This document shows positions 11,894 to 24,283 of a DNA stretch of 64,000 nt, one piece after another (the first letter of the stretch is position 1; the number at the start of each line of letters is the position of its first letter). The notes beneath the pieces are model-generated. The model searched no databases, was not told the DNA's origin, and saw only the letters and a program-made list of their open reading frames with translations. The position numbers were made by a program, and so were the translations under genes. The stretch comes from Rhizaria sp. SCN 62-66 (lineage: Eukaryota), in assembly GCA_001724265.1 (NCBI GenBank), contig MEDY01000042.1, forward strand, positions 62,001 through 126,000. Direction: 5' to 3'.

Positions 11894-14800
11894 ATGGGGT
11901 GCATTGCCTCCTCAATGGAGGAGCCAGTGCAAAGCTCTTTGCCGCAACAAGTTCCGAGCCCTGCAAGTGCTGCAAGTCCAGTGTCACCCCTCGTCGTATC
12001 CCTGTCTCATCGTGATCCCACGTCTGTGATGACACACAGCGACGAGATTGCAGAGGCGGCCACAACTGGCAGCTTAAAGCCAAAGCCATCTCAAAGCAAC
12101 GCAAAGTGCGCTACTTCAGGACCTATCGCACCGGTTGTGCGAGTGCGTAGCCGCTCAGATCTCACTGGCACATTCGGCACCTCGGACAGCGAAGGTGACA
12201 ACGTAAACGGGACTGCGTCTTCAAGTTGTCGCACCAGCGACACCAACGGCAACTTCTTTGAGATCGACACTGACGAGGAATTCTATCCAGACGCCGACGC
12301 CGTGCTGCGCGGACTTGCCATCGGCGCATTATCCCCGTGTCATCGGTCTGCGGCTAGGACAGAATCTTTCGCCCACAGCGGCACAGCGCCTGGCGCTACT
12401 GCGCAGCGGCTGGGTCTCGCTCTCACGCGGCCTGCTCCGGGGCGACACGCCACCTCACTCACTGCAACTGCAAGCAGCATGGAGCGCGTGCGCGCGAGTG
12501 TGCTGACGCAGCCACAGTGCTGTGTTGTGCGGCCGGCTGCGAGTGCGCGACTGTGGCTCGGTCCGTTTTTGTTGCGTGACTCAGTTGTTGCGCACAGCGG
12601 CCGCATCTGCACACTTGCATCAGCAGCTGTGAACTCGGTGAACGCGAGCAGCGGTGCAACAGAGAAGCGGTGCTATGCAGTGACTGTGGATGGCAAACAT
12701 GGTCTGCCGAAGCTGTGGGCAACGCAGCTGAAGCAAACACAAGCTCCGACTAAAGCAACTGAGGCTATGAAAGCTGTTGCGCTAAACAAACCCCAGCGCC
12801 CGCGAAGTGGTTTTGTAGCATTCTATGCCCCTGACACGGCTGATAGGGAGAATGCCAATCTGTGGGGCGAAGATGAAAATGACGCAAACGCTGGTAACGT
12901 CAAGGCTAGCAAAGGTCTTGCGAGCAAGCGCAATGGCGGAGATCAACGCACTCGTATCACCTTGGCGCACCCGCTGCTCGGTCACCACGCAAATGCACCG
13001 ATTCACGCTGTTGCATTAATGCCGTTTAAGCACCATACCGAAGAGAACGAGACGCTTGTGGTTGTCACAGGAAGCGAAGACTGCACGCTTAAGGTCGTAC
13101 GTTCAAAAAACGAGTGTGTTTGACTACTCTAACTTTCATATCGTAAAATTGAACCGACCCACTTAAGCTAACCTATGACTAAATCACATGTGTTTCATTT
13201 TATTAAGCGTAGTGGTGCCCTGAGACAGGCATGTGCGTCCGCACTTTTCTGCGTCACTCAGCAATTCTGCACGCCACTCTCATTACTGCACCGTTACCCA
13301 CAGCTTCTACAGACGGCAAACACGTGCAACACAGGGTTGAATGCCCGTGGGTGCTGTGGAGCGAGGCCGGCAGCAGCACTGTACGCGCGCTTGCGATTCC
13401 ACAAGAGAGGAATGTTGCGGCGCCAAGTTTTGATCGGACACATGGTCTTCCGTTGCACAGTGCATCATTGGCCACTGTACCGCCATCACCAAAGCGCAGC
13501 GCCACAGTTGGCACTCTTTCGTCTTCGATAGTGCTTGGGACTGATGAGAAGCATGACGAAGAAAGCACACACAACATGGCAAACGCCGCCAGTGGGACGC
13601 TGAGGAATGTTACTGGTGACACACAGGGTAAGCCAACGCCAACAGTTGATCGCAAGAGTGGGGGGGCCAGCTCAACTCATTGTGCTGCCGGCTTACAGTC
13701 GCATTTACAGCCAGTCAATAACGGCGTTCAAAATGTACCCACAAACTGTGCGCCTGCGGGGGTTATTGCCACTGCTGACAGGATACCTATTACTGGAGCT
13801 CGTGGTCTACCAAGGAGCCGCAGTGCCAGTACAGTAACTTTGTCTCCATCAAGTCGCACCTTGTCAACTTTCGAAGAAGATTTTTCATTTGCACATTTAT
13901 CTCGTAGCAACTTAGAGCACCGCGGAGTCAAAACTCAAAGTCAAGCACATGAAACAGTTGATCGCGATTTACTCGAGAGCAGCCACGGGCAGCGGTTCAG
14001 CGCACTGCACACGAATCCTCTTGGTGCTTACAGTCATCTGTCGCCTCGTGGCCGCATCAATGCAAATAACAGTGTTCATACTGTGCACGGATCCGTACAG
14101 CGTCGCGGTGACGCCTGTGTAAGCTCGGATGCGCGAAGCCACCTGCCTGCGCCCATCATTGCGGTCACTGACAAAACAGCATCTCACGGGCACAGTTCTG
14201 TTTTACATTGCAACACTGAGAGTCGTGCTATTTCGCCGTCACCTGCAACAAGTGCTGCATCTCGCGCTTTCATCTTTCCGACTTTGCCAGCTGTACCACC
14301 ACAGGTCGCACTCGTTGCATCTCCGACAATGGCGCGCGCATTCGCCGCCAGCAAACACACTGTGGATACGACACGCGCTGATGCACACACTGCCGTTGTC
14401 AACGGGCTGGATGAGCCGTTACGTCTACGCTCACACAGTCACCAGCCATGGGCACTGATACCAGTCAAGGCCGCGTTCTTTTTAAGTCCTCATAACGCAA
14501 CGCGTGGCGATGCTGATGCAGCTCAGCGCAACTGCTAGCACGACAGCGGTTACGGTGGGTGTTTGAGTATTGCGCGAGATGGGGTCCGTCTGTGGCGGCC
14601 ACCTGCGATGTTGCCAGTCGCATTGTGGCCACTGCCTGATGTCCCTGCGCACAAGGATCATCCGTCGACCGCATTGCGTCCGCTGCTCACAGTCACTGCG
14701 GCTTGTATCGGACCGCCTGGAGTTCTACTCCTTGCCGGTACTGTTGCAATCGACGCGAAGATCGCGATCACACAGCACTTGCCAGCAACGCAAGGGATTG

Positions 14801-15747
14801 TACTTGCTATCTGCGCATTTACTGGCACAGTAATCTCGTCAACAGTTCTCTCGCATCCCGTTGACGGTAAGGCTAAACCGGTGATTGCAAGCAGTGATAA
14901 GCGAGGATGGTTCACACGACTGATCAGTGCAAGTCCTACAGTGGACGCGGGGGTCAAGGAGCTTGTCACTGCGGCAACAGGAGACAATGCGATTTCCCGC
15001 AATTACGTAAATGCTGCCGGCACTAGGATTAAGAGCTCTAGTCACGCTAGTTTTGCCCACAATGCGCACGTTGGTTCTTCTGGCAGCAGTGCCTGTGTTC
15101 CTCATAAGATCGTCTCAATGGCGTTGCTTGGCCTCAGCGAATGCGCTGGCTGCGAAGTGACCGTGGCCGTTGCCCTCAATTGTGGTGCTGTCGGCACGCT
15201 GCACTGGAAGCTGTACAGCGAACACACTCCGATGTGGGCACCGGCGCATAGTCACCTTGAGGGTGATGTTCATGAACATTACACGAAAGAGAACTTGACA
15301 AGCAGTGCGAACAGCATGGTGGTCACAGATGCTGCACAGACTGCATTAACTACTTGCGTAAGCAGTGCGGTTGCAACCAAAGATACGTTACTTGATCACT
15401 CTAAGAACGTCTTGTCCAAAATAAGCGCTGACCAATCGCCAGTTAAAAACAACAACGAAGAAGTGACTGTTGGGCCGTGGGTTCGCGTAGTTAAGGGACT
15501 GGATGCTTGCTCTTGCAGCGCACAACAGCAACAGCAACGGACTGCAACTGCAGCTACTCATGGTTACCTGGGCGCAAAGAGCCACACCGTTGATAGCGTT
15601 CGGAGTGGACCTCATATGATTTTAGCAGCGGCAACAATGCCCACAGTAGCAGTAGCGGGTGCAAAGAGGCTAGAAGGGTCAGGGTTGTTGCTTGTGGCAC
15701 GCGAGGACACTCTTCAAATTGTGCAAACAAACCCAGATAAACAATAA
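11894..15747 (+). CDS. Degenerate WD40-repeat protein with long insertions (~1245 aa if the in-frame TAG at 14536-14538 is read through); exons 11894-13096, 13213-15747
   Basis: Splicing 13097-13212 (GTC|gtacgt...cgtag|TGG) reconstitutes a WD40 repeat GHHANAPIHAVAL...VVTGSEDCTLKV|WCPETGMCVRTF. ORFs 13231-14538 and 14563-15747 are in the same frame across a single TAG. Stop TAA. Confidence 0.7.
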
Positions 15748-16055
15748 TTCAACTCTTAATACAGATCCTCTTTTATTTCAAGTCGGTGCGGTGCCGACTA
15801 TCGTGACAATGTGCAACTTGAAATGAGAGTTGAGAGGGATCTGACTTGAAGCAAACAATTCTCGAGATCGCATCGTCATATCAAACGATTTATGTTGAAT
15901 AGAAAAGGTGAACGAGCGAACACATTCTAAGTCTTTATTATCTCACCAGATTTGTTGTGGTTGCTTCGCTCCATCTTGTTGAGGTTCAGATAGCAACAGT
16001 ACGATTCTTCGCCCAACTTCAAGTCGTCTGCGCTTATTCCCAGTGCCCGAAATTC

Positions 16056-17282
16056 ATGTCCACGAAGCCTAGGCTCCTCAGCGGGACTGGTCTACGTGCG
16101 CCGCAACACTTCAGCACACATGAGCCTCCTGCTATGCCAGCTTTGCTGTCGCAACAATTCAGCCTCGCACCGGGCCAGGGACAAGGACAGTACACAAGCC
16201 TTGCAGTTGAGCCCGAGGCCCTGCGCCGCGGCCTGCTCCAGCGCAGAGAGCTTCCTCCACTGCCAGAAAACTTCACACGCACCGAGTCCCGCTTGACAAC
16301 GTTAGCGCGCCGCTCTCGCCGCGACAACACTCCGTACACTCTCGCCCTCGAGACCGCAGACGGCAAACGCCGTCGCCTCAGCACCACAGTGGCACGAGAG
16401 CCGCAGAACGCATCCGGGTATGACTCCAATGATGACGATGACAGCGACAGCGATGGTGACGAATTGGCGCAAGCATTGCGCAGCTCACGACAACATCAAC
16501 GGCGCAGTCGTGTTCACAAGAGCAACCTCGATGATGGTTTAGCGTTTATGTGCGCATCAACACTTCTGTACCGCGCTCCTCTGCCCGAAATACCACGTCT
16601 CCCGCGCCGCTACGCCTACCACGTGCCCACCGCAGCCGCCGCGACAAATCTGCCGCTCACCGGAGACCGCAGTGGGGACACTAGTAGCATCATTGAGCAA
16701 AGCCGTGAGCAAAGCCGAGCGCAAAGCGGACGCGTGGTGATGCTTGCGCCGATATCGAAATCTGCAGTCGCCGCTCTGCGTCTGCGCGGCTTCACCGACC
16801 TCTCCTCGTTGCCCACGGTTACCGTCGATCCGGTGCCGGCGCTGCGGGCCGTCGCGCGCGTGCGTGCGGGCGGTGGCCGTGTGCTCGCCGCGTCCGCGTG
16901 GGCCGGTGAGACCATCAACGGCTCGCAAGCGCCCTCGGCCGCGGCGGGGGCTGTGCCGCTGCCAACGCTGCCGAGCAGTGCGGCCGGGCTGGACGCGGCC
17001 GTTGCGGCGCTAGGGTGCGCGGGGCACGCGGGCGCGGCGCACGGGGCAGGCGCGGGCGTGTTGGGGGCCGGCGTCGTGGCCGGGCGGGGGGTGGGCGGGC
17101 TCAGCACGGCGGGGAGGTACCAGCCAGCGGCCACGGCCGAGGCGATGAGGGAAGGACATGCGAACGCGGAGCTGATCTGGTTGCAACCAAAGCCGGCGTC
17201 TGCGTCACGGGGCGAGGTTATGGCCGCATTGGCGAGGAGCAGGGCAGCTATCACGGCGTGGGGACAAGCGCGGAAGTGCTGA
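16056..17282 (+). CDS. Hypothetical protein, 408 aa
   Basis: Open frame from ATG 16056 (MSTKPRLL) with coding-like GC bias, flanked by AT-rich spacers. No family recognised. Stop TGA. Confidence 0.65.
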   Translation: MSTKPRLLSGTGLRAPQHFSTHEPPAMPALLSQQFSLAPGQGQGQYTSLAVEPEALRRGLLQRRELPPLPENFTRTESRLTTLARRSRRDNTPYTLALETADGKRRRLSTTVAREPQNASGYDSNDDDDSDSDGDELAQALRSSRQHQRRSRVHKSNLDDGLAFMCASTLLYRAPLPEIPRLPRRYAYHVPTAAAATNLPLTGDRSGDTSSIIEQSREQSRAQSGRVVMLAPISKSAVAALRLRGFTDLSSLPTVTVDPVPALRAVARVRAGGGRVLAASAWAGETINGSQAPSAAAGAVPLPTLPSSAAGLDAAVAALGCAGHAGAAHGAGAGVLGAGVVAGRGVGGLSTAGRYQPAATAEAMREGHANAELIWLQPKPASASRGEVMAALARSRAAITAWGQARKC

Positions 17283-17700
17283 AGCAGGAGCTGTCACGGT
17301 CGGCCGAAGGATCAAGATATGCACATCTCGAACGTCCTAGAACAATTCAAAGAATACATTTACGTTAAACTAAAGAACGCCATATCCTGAAATATTCAAC
17401 GTCCATAACGAACTTGTTATGATTGAACTACACGTTGTTTTGGGTGATGTGACAGTCGGTCTAATGAGCGGCCTCACTTTTTTCGGCCCTGTCCGGTCAG
17501 GTGGTTGCTAGACACGCCGCTCATCTCTACCAGACCATCTGTAGCCTTGCAAACTCGTCAATTAGTGCTGTTGTTGATTAATCAAACTAATCATGTGCGT
17601 GAATATACTATACTTTAATTATTGCCCAAATCAATCTTACCATGCCTCTCTACAACGCTCCTCTCACTTGGTCGCTCCGCCCCTCAACCACCCAGGCCGA

Positions 17701-20378
17701 ATGTTGCGTCAGGTGGCCCAAATGGTGGCCCAGCGCGGCCTCCGGCAGTGCACAACCGCCGTCCCGCGCAACGCCCCCTTCACCACTGCCGCGCCTAAGC
17801 CCGCGGCCCCCGTGACCCCGGCTGCGCCCGCCACGCCCGCCGCCACGCCCGCCGCCGCCCCCGCCGCCGCTGCACCCGCGCCGCCCGCCGCTGCCCCCGC
17901 CGCTGCTGCCACTAAGCCAGTCCAGCCCGCCGCCCCCGCCGCCGCTGCCCCCGCGCCCACGCCCGCGGCCGTGCCCGCGCCCAAGCCCGCTGCCCCGGCC
18001 GTGCCGAACGCGACGACCGCGTTCAAGCCCTCTTCCGCTGGCTCCGCGCCCGCCAACGCCGCCGCCGGCAACAACAACGGCGGCGGCGCCGGCGGCAGCG
18101 CTGGCGGCAAGCCCCGCAAGTCTAGCGGCGGGTTTTACGCCTTCCTGGCGACCGCCGCGCTGGCCGCGGTGGGCGGCGCGCTCTACTGGCAGCGCGACTC
18201 GCACATGACGGCAGCCGAGCAACTTCAGATCCAGAAGCAGGCGGCCGAGAACGCGCGCGCGCGCATTCGCGAGCGATTCGAGGAGGATTCGGCCAAGGTG
18301 CGCGATGCCGCCGCCGCCGTCGCCGCTGCTGCGGCCGCTGGCCTGCCTGCGTCGGTGTCGACTTATGTCAACCATGCGCTCAAGAAGGATGAGGCTGAGA
18401 ATAAGACCCCCACTACCCCTGCTGAGCCTGCTGCTGCTGCTCCCGCTGAGCCCGTCGCCGCGGCTGTCCCCGAGCCCGTCGCCGCCCCCGAGGCCGCTGC
18501 CCCCGCTGCTGCTATTGCTGATGTTGCTGCTGAGCCCGTTACGACCCCCGAGTCCGTCGCCGCGACCGCGGCCGCCGCCCTCAAGCCCGTCCCCGTGACC
18601 GGCGCCGCCGTCGGCGAGGCCGAGCTTGTCCGCGCTTGGGAGCGTGCTCTGCGCGACGCCACGTCCGAGTCGGCCAAGGCGCTGGCGCAGGCCGAGGTTG
18701 AGATGGCGGCTATTTCGCGCCGCGTGGCTGAGCGCGTGGCCGCTTATGAGGCCGACCGTGGCGTCTACGTCGGCCGTCTCCGCGAGGTACGATCGCCCCC
18801 ATTCATGATATCTCGACCATATATTAACTAGATTCACTCATATGTCAATTTCATGTAATTTGTATCATTATGCATCGATGTATTTTGGTTTGGATTTCAA
18901 GCACTCACATCATGTCTGATTTGTCACTTTGTTCTTCTTTCTATTTTTACGACTCAGGCTTTGCCTCCTGGTGACGCTGCGATGGGCCGTCTCATCTCCC
19001 TGCTCGAGCACAAGGACCGTGAGTTCTTCGCCGAGTGCCGCCACATGCTTGACGACTACATGGTCGAGGCGTCCACTGCCGCCACCGCCGTGTCCGAGCA
19101 GGCCCGCGCCCGCCAGGTTCGTAATTCAATTTGATGAACAGACACGATCATTGTTGTTTTTTCTTCTCGTTTGATTGTCTGTATTTCTTTGTAAACGTGT
19201 CCTTTATTTTATTTTCAGTTGGTTTCGTTTGTATTTGCTCACATCATCGTGTTATATTATTTAATTTTGTTGTTGTATTGAACGCCACTCACAGGGTCAG
19301 GCCTTCGTGCGTCACCTCGAGGAGGAGACCGCGTCTGCGCGCGCCGTCCTCGAGCAGCACTACACGACGCAGCTTGAGGCCCGCGTTGCTGAGCACTCGG
19401 AACGCCTCGAGGCGATGTACGACGAGAAGCTTCTCAAAATGTCTCTCCAGCACGATAAGACCATGTCCGCTCTCAGTGCGCGGTACAGCGCTGTGATGGA
19501 TGAGATGGCGTCACGCGTTGAGAACCTGTCAGGCGTGCTTCAGCGCCAGGCCGAGTACCAGCAGCAGGCTGATGCGCTCCAGCGCCTCAACTCTGCGCTC
19601 GCGGTCGTCGAGCAGCTCCAGGTACGTACAATTCCTTATTCTTCCTACACAGAAACTAGAGCTCTTATCTATGCACATTGATAACACGAGATAAACATGG
19701 TGGAATGAATTGGCAATGCAAATCTGTTTCATGTTTGTCAATATTCTTCTATTTTCATTCCAATTCACTCACATCTGTGCCGTATATGTTCTATTTTTAA
19801 TCTTCTTTTTTTTTTTTCTACAGGATGCTGGTCAGCCGCTGCAGAAGGCGTGGGCCGAGCTCTCCGCGGTGGGCCGCAGCGACCCCGTCGTCCGTGCCGC
19901 CCTCGCCACCGTGCCCGCGGCCGTCGTCTCCCAGGGTGCGGCCCCCGTCACGCACCTTAAGGCGCGCTTCTCGGCCGTCGAGTCCGCTGCCCGCAAGGCC
20001 GCGTACATCTCCCCTGCGTCGTCGTTCACTTCCCACGTGCTCGCGAGCGTGTTCGGCGCCGTGACGCTCAAGGAAAGTGACCTTGTGACCGTGCCAGCGT
20101 CGGTGGCGGTCCCCGCCGACTCTAACCCCGCTGCGGCTTACACGACCGAGATCCCGCGCGACCACGCGCGGCTGTCGCGCGCCACGTACTTCGTGCAGCG
20201 CGGCGAGCTGGCGCAGGCCGTGGGCGAGCTCGAGGCGATCGGCGGGCTGCACTCGCGCAAGGCGTGTGATGGGTTCATCGCGGAGGCCAAGGAGCGCCTC
20301 GTGCTTGATCAGGCCGTCGCGGTCCTGCGCGCGCACGCGTTTGCGCTCGGCAAGGATATCGCCAACGCGCGCGAGTAA
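17701..20378 (+). CDS. MIC60: MICOS subunit Mic60 / mitofilin; exons 17701-18786, 18958-19116, 19295-19621, 19824-20378 (708 aa)
   Basis: Presequence-like MLRQVAQMVAQRGLR, one TM (FYAFLATAALAAVGGALYW), a coiled coil, and a C-terminal mitofilin domain (LKARFSAVESAARKAAYI...ARLSRATYFVQRGELAQAVGELEAI...FIAEAKERLVLDQAVAVLRAHA). Three phase-0 GT-AG introns keep the frame. Stop TAA. Confidence 0.9.
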
Positions 20379-20944
20379 GCGGTGTATCTAACTCAAGTAA
20401 ATATAGAGAGGATGGGTGACGGGGAGACGCGCAGCAATGCAAAATAAAGGCGGTGTGTCTCCAGTTCGTTCGTGCTTTCGTTCAATAACACAACAGTTTG
20501 GTTGGGGGTTGTTAAATGAAGGTTATTTCAAAATGACATATATATTCTAAGAGAAAAAATAGAGGCATTCTTTGTAGGAGCGCCGGATTAATACATAAAA
20601 ACATGATATAACACTGCATATTCAAGTCATTTGTGCAACTGCACTGGTGCGTGACTGTGAGCTCGGCTGACTGAAACAGCGCTGAGCTGCCTCAGAGGGG
20701 GCTCCAAAATGATGCACGGACTATTTATCTGGGGACATTCCTAGACGTCAATTGAGCCTGAATTTTGCTGACGCGTTAGTTCGATTTTTATAACATTTAA
20801 ATTATTTATTATACTTGCGTCAAAAATCATCTTTGCTGTCAAAATCACTCTTCCCGGACACCACATCTCACTCCTCTTGCGCATGGCTCTCTCGCTCGCG
20901 TCCGCACCCACTTCACTTGCTGTTTTAGGTCTGCAACAGCAACT

Positions 20945-23900
20945 ATGTCTGGCGACCTCACATGGCCGGTCTTCTACCGTCTGTTCTACAAGAACGAGAT
21001 CCCGAAGATCATCATCGCAGGCAAGCGTTACCGCGCTAACCTGAGCATGATCAATGAAATCGACGCCTTCCGCAGCGAAGACATCGCGAACGAGTGTCCG
21101 ATGACTCTGCGCCCTCTCGTCATCCCCATCGAGACGGGAGAGGAAGGCGCGAAGAAGTTCGAGTTCACCACAACCATTCAGACCCGCAACGTTCTCGTCA
21201 AGCCTCTGATGCACCGCGGCGGCCAAGCGTCTGTGATTTTTACAGTCTCGGCCACCCCGGTCCCGCTGCCCGACGCGGGCGTGCCGTTCCTGCTCCAGTT
21301 CGGCCTCAACCTGAACCGCATTACCTCGCACGTCATGCCCGCGTGCACGGAGCCGCTGCTGCTCGTGGCTGCCGACTCCCCGCTCGGTCTCAAGGCCCTC
21401 GAAGGCGACGACGGCGACAGCGAATGGTCCGACGACGAAGATGACGACGACGAAGAGGATAACCAGGACGAGGACGAGGATGATGACGAGCAGGATGAAG
21501 GCGACGAGGACCAGCGCGCCGCTGCCGCCGCCGACCGCGCCACTGCCACCAAGGCCCAGGCCGCCGCCCGCGCCAAGAAGGCCGCAGCAGCCGCTGCCGC
21601 CGCCGCCGCTGCTGAGCCTGGTGTCGACGACGCCGACAACGCCGACGCCGAGGCCGACGAGGACGAGGACGAAGACTACGATGACGAGGATGACGATGAA
21701 GATGAGGACGAGGATGGGGATGACGCGCGCATCCGTGCCGCCCGTGCCCGTCTCGCACGCGCGAAGGCCGGGGCCAAGGGTGGTGCGAAGACGCGCATCG
21801 GCCTCGGAGGCGATAGCGATGATGAGGTGATCTCCGACAACGACGACAAGGCTATCGACGACGGCGCCAGCAAGGCCTATACCAAGCTCGGCGCTGGCGC
21901 TAGCGTTGCGAATCCGGAGGAAGAGTACGAGGGCGACAGTAGTGACTCCGCGAGTGATCTTGATGATATGATGACGCCCAACAACCGTATCTACGAGCGC
22001 CCTGTCTCCCGCCGTCTCCGCAAGGCGACCGCGGATACCACTGACAACACTGCTGCTGCTGCTGCTAAGAGCAAGGCGAAGGCTATCCGTGAGGAGAGCG
22101 AGGATGAGGAAGAGGAGACGCCTGAGGCGAACGGTGCATTGGACGATGACGAGAACAAGGATCTCGAGCAGTACGACGAGTACGGCTCCGACTCCGAGAA
22201 GGAGGACCCTCTGCTGCAGTCCAAGGGCATCTACCACGCCTTCATGGTCGACCGCCTCATCCACGCCCGCCCCTCGGCCGCCATCGTCTCTGTGCTAAAC
22301 CCGACCGACTCCGCCGCGGCCGCGGCCGCCGCCGCCGCCGCTGCCGCCGCCGCCGCCGCCGCGTCCACCGCTGGCCCCGCGGGCGGCATGCAGATCACCG
22401 GCGCCGCGAACCGCCGCGCTAAGGCGCTGCCGCCGGCGCTGCTCGCCAAGCGGGCGCAGCAGCAGCAGCAGGCGCAGGAGTCAACCGCGGCTAACATGGC
22501 CTCCGTGCGCGCCGTCTCCGCCACCGCTGTTGCGAACGACGACTCCGGCGCGGTCAAGGCGCGCGGCGACGGCTATGTCGTTGGTCTCCGCACTCAGGGC
22601 GCGGCCGCGACGTTGCTGTCTGCGCCGTCCCCGGTCAAGGTCGCTGATCCCATCTCGGGCGCGTTCGCGGTCGGCGTCAGCAAGGTCCTGACAACGCTCG
22701 AGGAGCGGCAGGCGCAGCGCGAGGCGCTGTACGCGTACATTCGCACCGTCACGGGCACCAGCATCGGCTCCCGTGTGTGGGATGGCGGCGTGTATATGGT
22801 GCGATTCTTTGCGCGCCTCATCGCGCAGTCGCAGTCGTGGCTCGATGGACTCCGCGTGCTCGAGCTCGGCGCGGGCACGGGACTCGTCGGCATCTGGCTC
22901 TGGCAGGCGATTATGCAGCGCGCGTTTGCGCAGCGCAGGCATGTGTTGACGTCTCTGAATATTGACCCCAAGCGCTATGGCGATATTGATCAGGCGATTC
23001 TTGATCTCGATGGTCTTCCCATCGAGATGATTGAGGAAGGGTACGTTTACATTATAATTAGATGAATGTAGCGCAAGTGTCAAAAGAATCATATTTTTTC
23101 ACTTTATGTTTTGTTTTTTATTCTATCCGAATCATAATCACACATATTTTACTCATATCTGCATCTTTTTTGTTTCTTGCTTTCAAATAATTACAGTCTG
23201 TCGAAGGATGAACTGACAGCTGTGCGCGCCCTGCAGACGTACGGCGCCCAGCGCCCCATGGTGACGGTGACCGACCAGACCCAGCTGCGCCACCTACTCC
23301 GCTACAACGTCCGCTTTAACCAGTCATCCCCGCTGCCGATGTGGACGGCCACGCTTCCAGACGAGGTCCCCACCTCTGGCTGGGGCGCTCCGTGGGCCGG
23401 CGCGCCTCTGACGCACCGCGCCAAGTGGGCACCGACGGGGCTGCACGCGGCCGACGCGGACTGGGGGCTCCCGCTCTCGCTCCCGCTTTCGCTGCTCTGC
23501 GGCGTGCGCGTCGAGCCCGGCAAGTCCGCCAAGACCGCGTTCGAGCGCCCGCCCGCGGCGTCGGCGACTGCGCACCCGGCGTTCGCTGCGGCGCGCAAGC
23601 AGTTGGTCAAGGCGTACACTGAGTACCCGTCGCTGCGGCTCCCCACGCTGCCCGCCGACGAGGCCGCGCAGCTGGCTGGGTTTACGCCCGGTCTGGACCT
23701 CATTATCGGCGCCGATTGCCTGTACAACGAGCGCCATTTCGATGAGTTCCGGACCACGCTGACCGACTTGTTCACCGCGCATGCGCTCGCACACGCACAG
23801 ATCGCCGACGTTGCCGGCACTGATAAGGCCGCAGCGGCGCGTCCGTTCCCGCTCGTGCTGATCTCGTACCCTATCCGCGCGCACGGCGAGGAAGAGCGGA

Positions 23901-24283
23901 TCTATGAGATGTTCTTCAAGCCGCTGCAGGAGGAGCACGGTATCTGCCACACCGCGATCCCGCTCACGCGGCTGTTTGAGACCGTCGAGACGGGGCCCCA
24001 GGCCGCGCCCGGCCGCCACGTGAACGATATGGTCTCGCAGCGTATGCGCGAGCGTAAGGAACGCGAAGATGGCATCACGAACCAGATCCAGGCCAACGAT
24101 GAGACGCGCATGCGGGTGTCGCGCATGGCGGTGCTGTATCAGATTCCGCACAAGTCGCTGCCGGAGACGTCGTGCCCCGCGGAGCTATGGCAGAAGAGCG
24201 AGGGAACGGGCGTGCTGCCGTCGCCGCTGCCGCTGCTTACCACGAACGCGCAGCTCCTCTTCAGGCTCTTCCAGAACCTCTAA
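20945..24283 (+). CDS. Methyltransf_16 / METTL21-like SAM-dependent protein methyltransferase with acidic N-terminal region; exons 20945-23040, 23197-24283 (1060 aa)
   Basis: IGSRVWDGGVYM, LDGLRVLELGAGTGLVGI (motif I), VTVTDQ (post-I), LLRYNVRFN, DWG, LDLIIGADCLYNE (DxxY motif II). Phase-2 intron 23041-23196 (GG|gtacgt...ttacag|T). Stop TAA. Confidence 0.88.

Noticed and set aside
17255-17375. Possible frameshifted C-terminal extension of the 16056 gene at the GGGG run
   Set aside because: All three frames stay open briefly, and there is no homology to choose among them.
20653-20662. 10-mer GACTGTGAGC upstream of both the methyltransferase and BLOS4-like genes as a promoter motif
   Set aside because: The same 10-mer or its complement also occurs inside coding regions (near 2212, 14685, 52035, 54569), so chance is sufficient.
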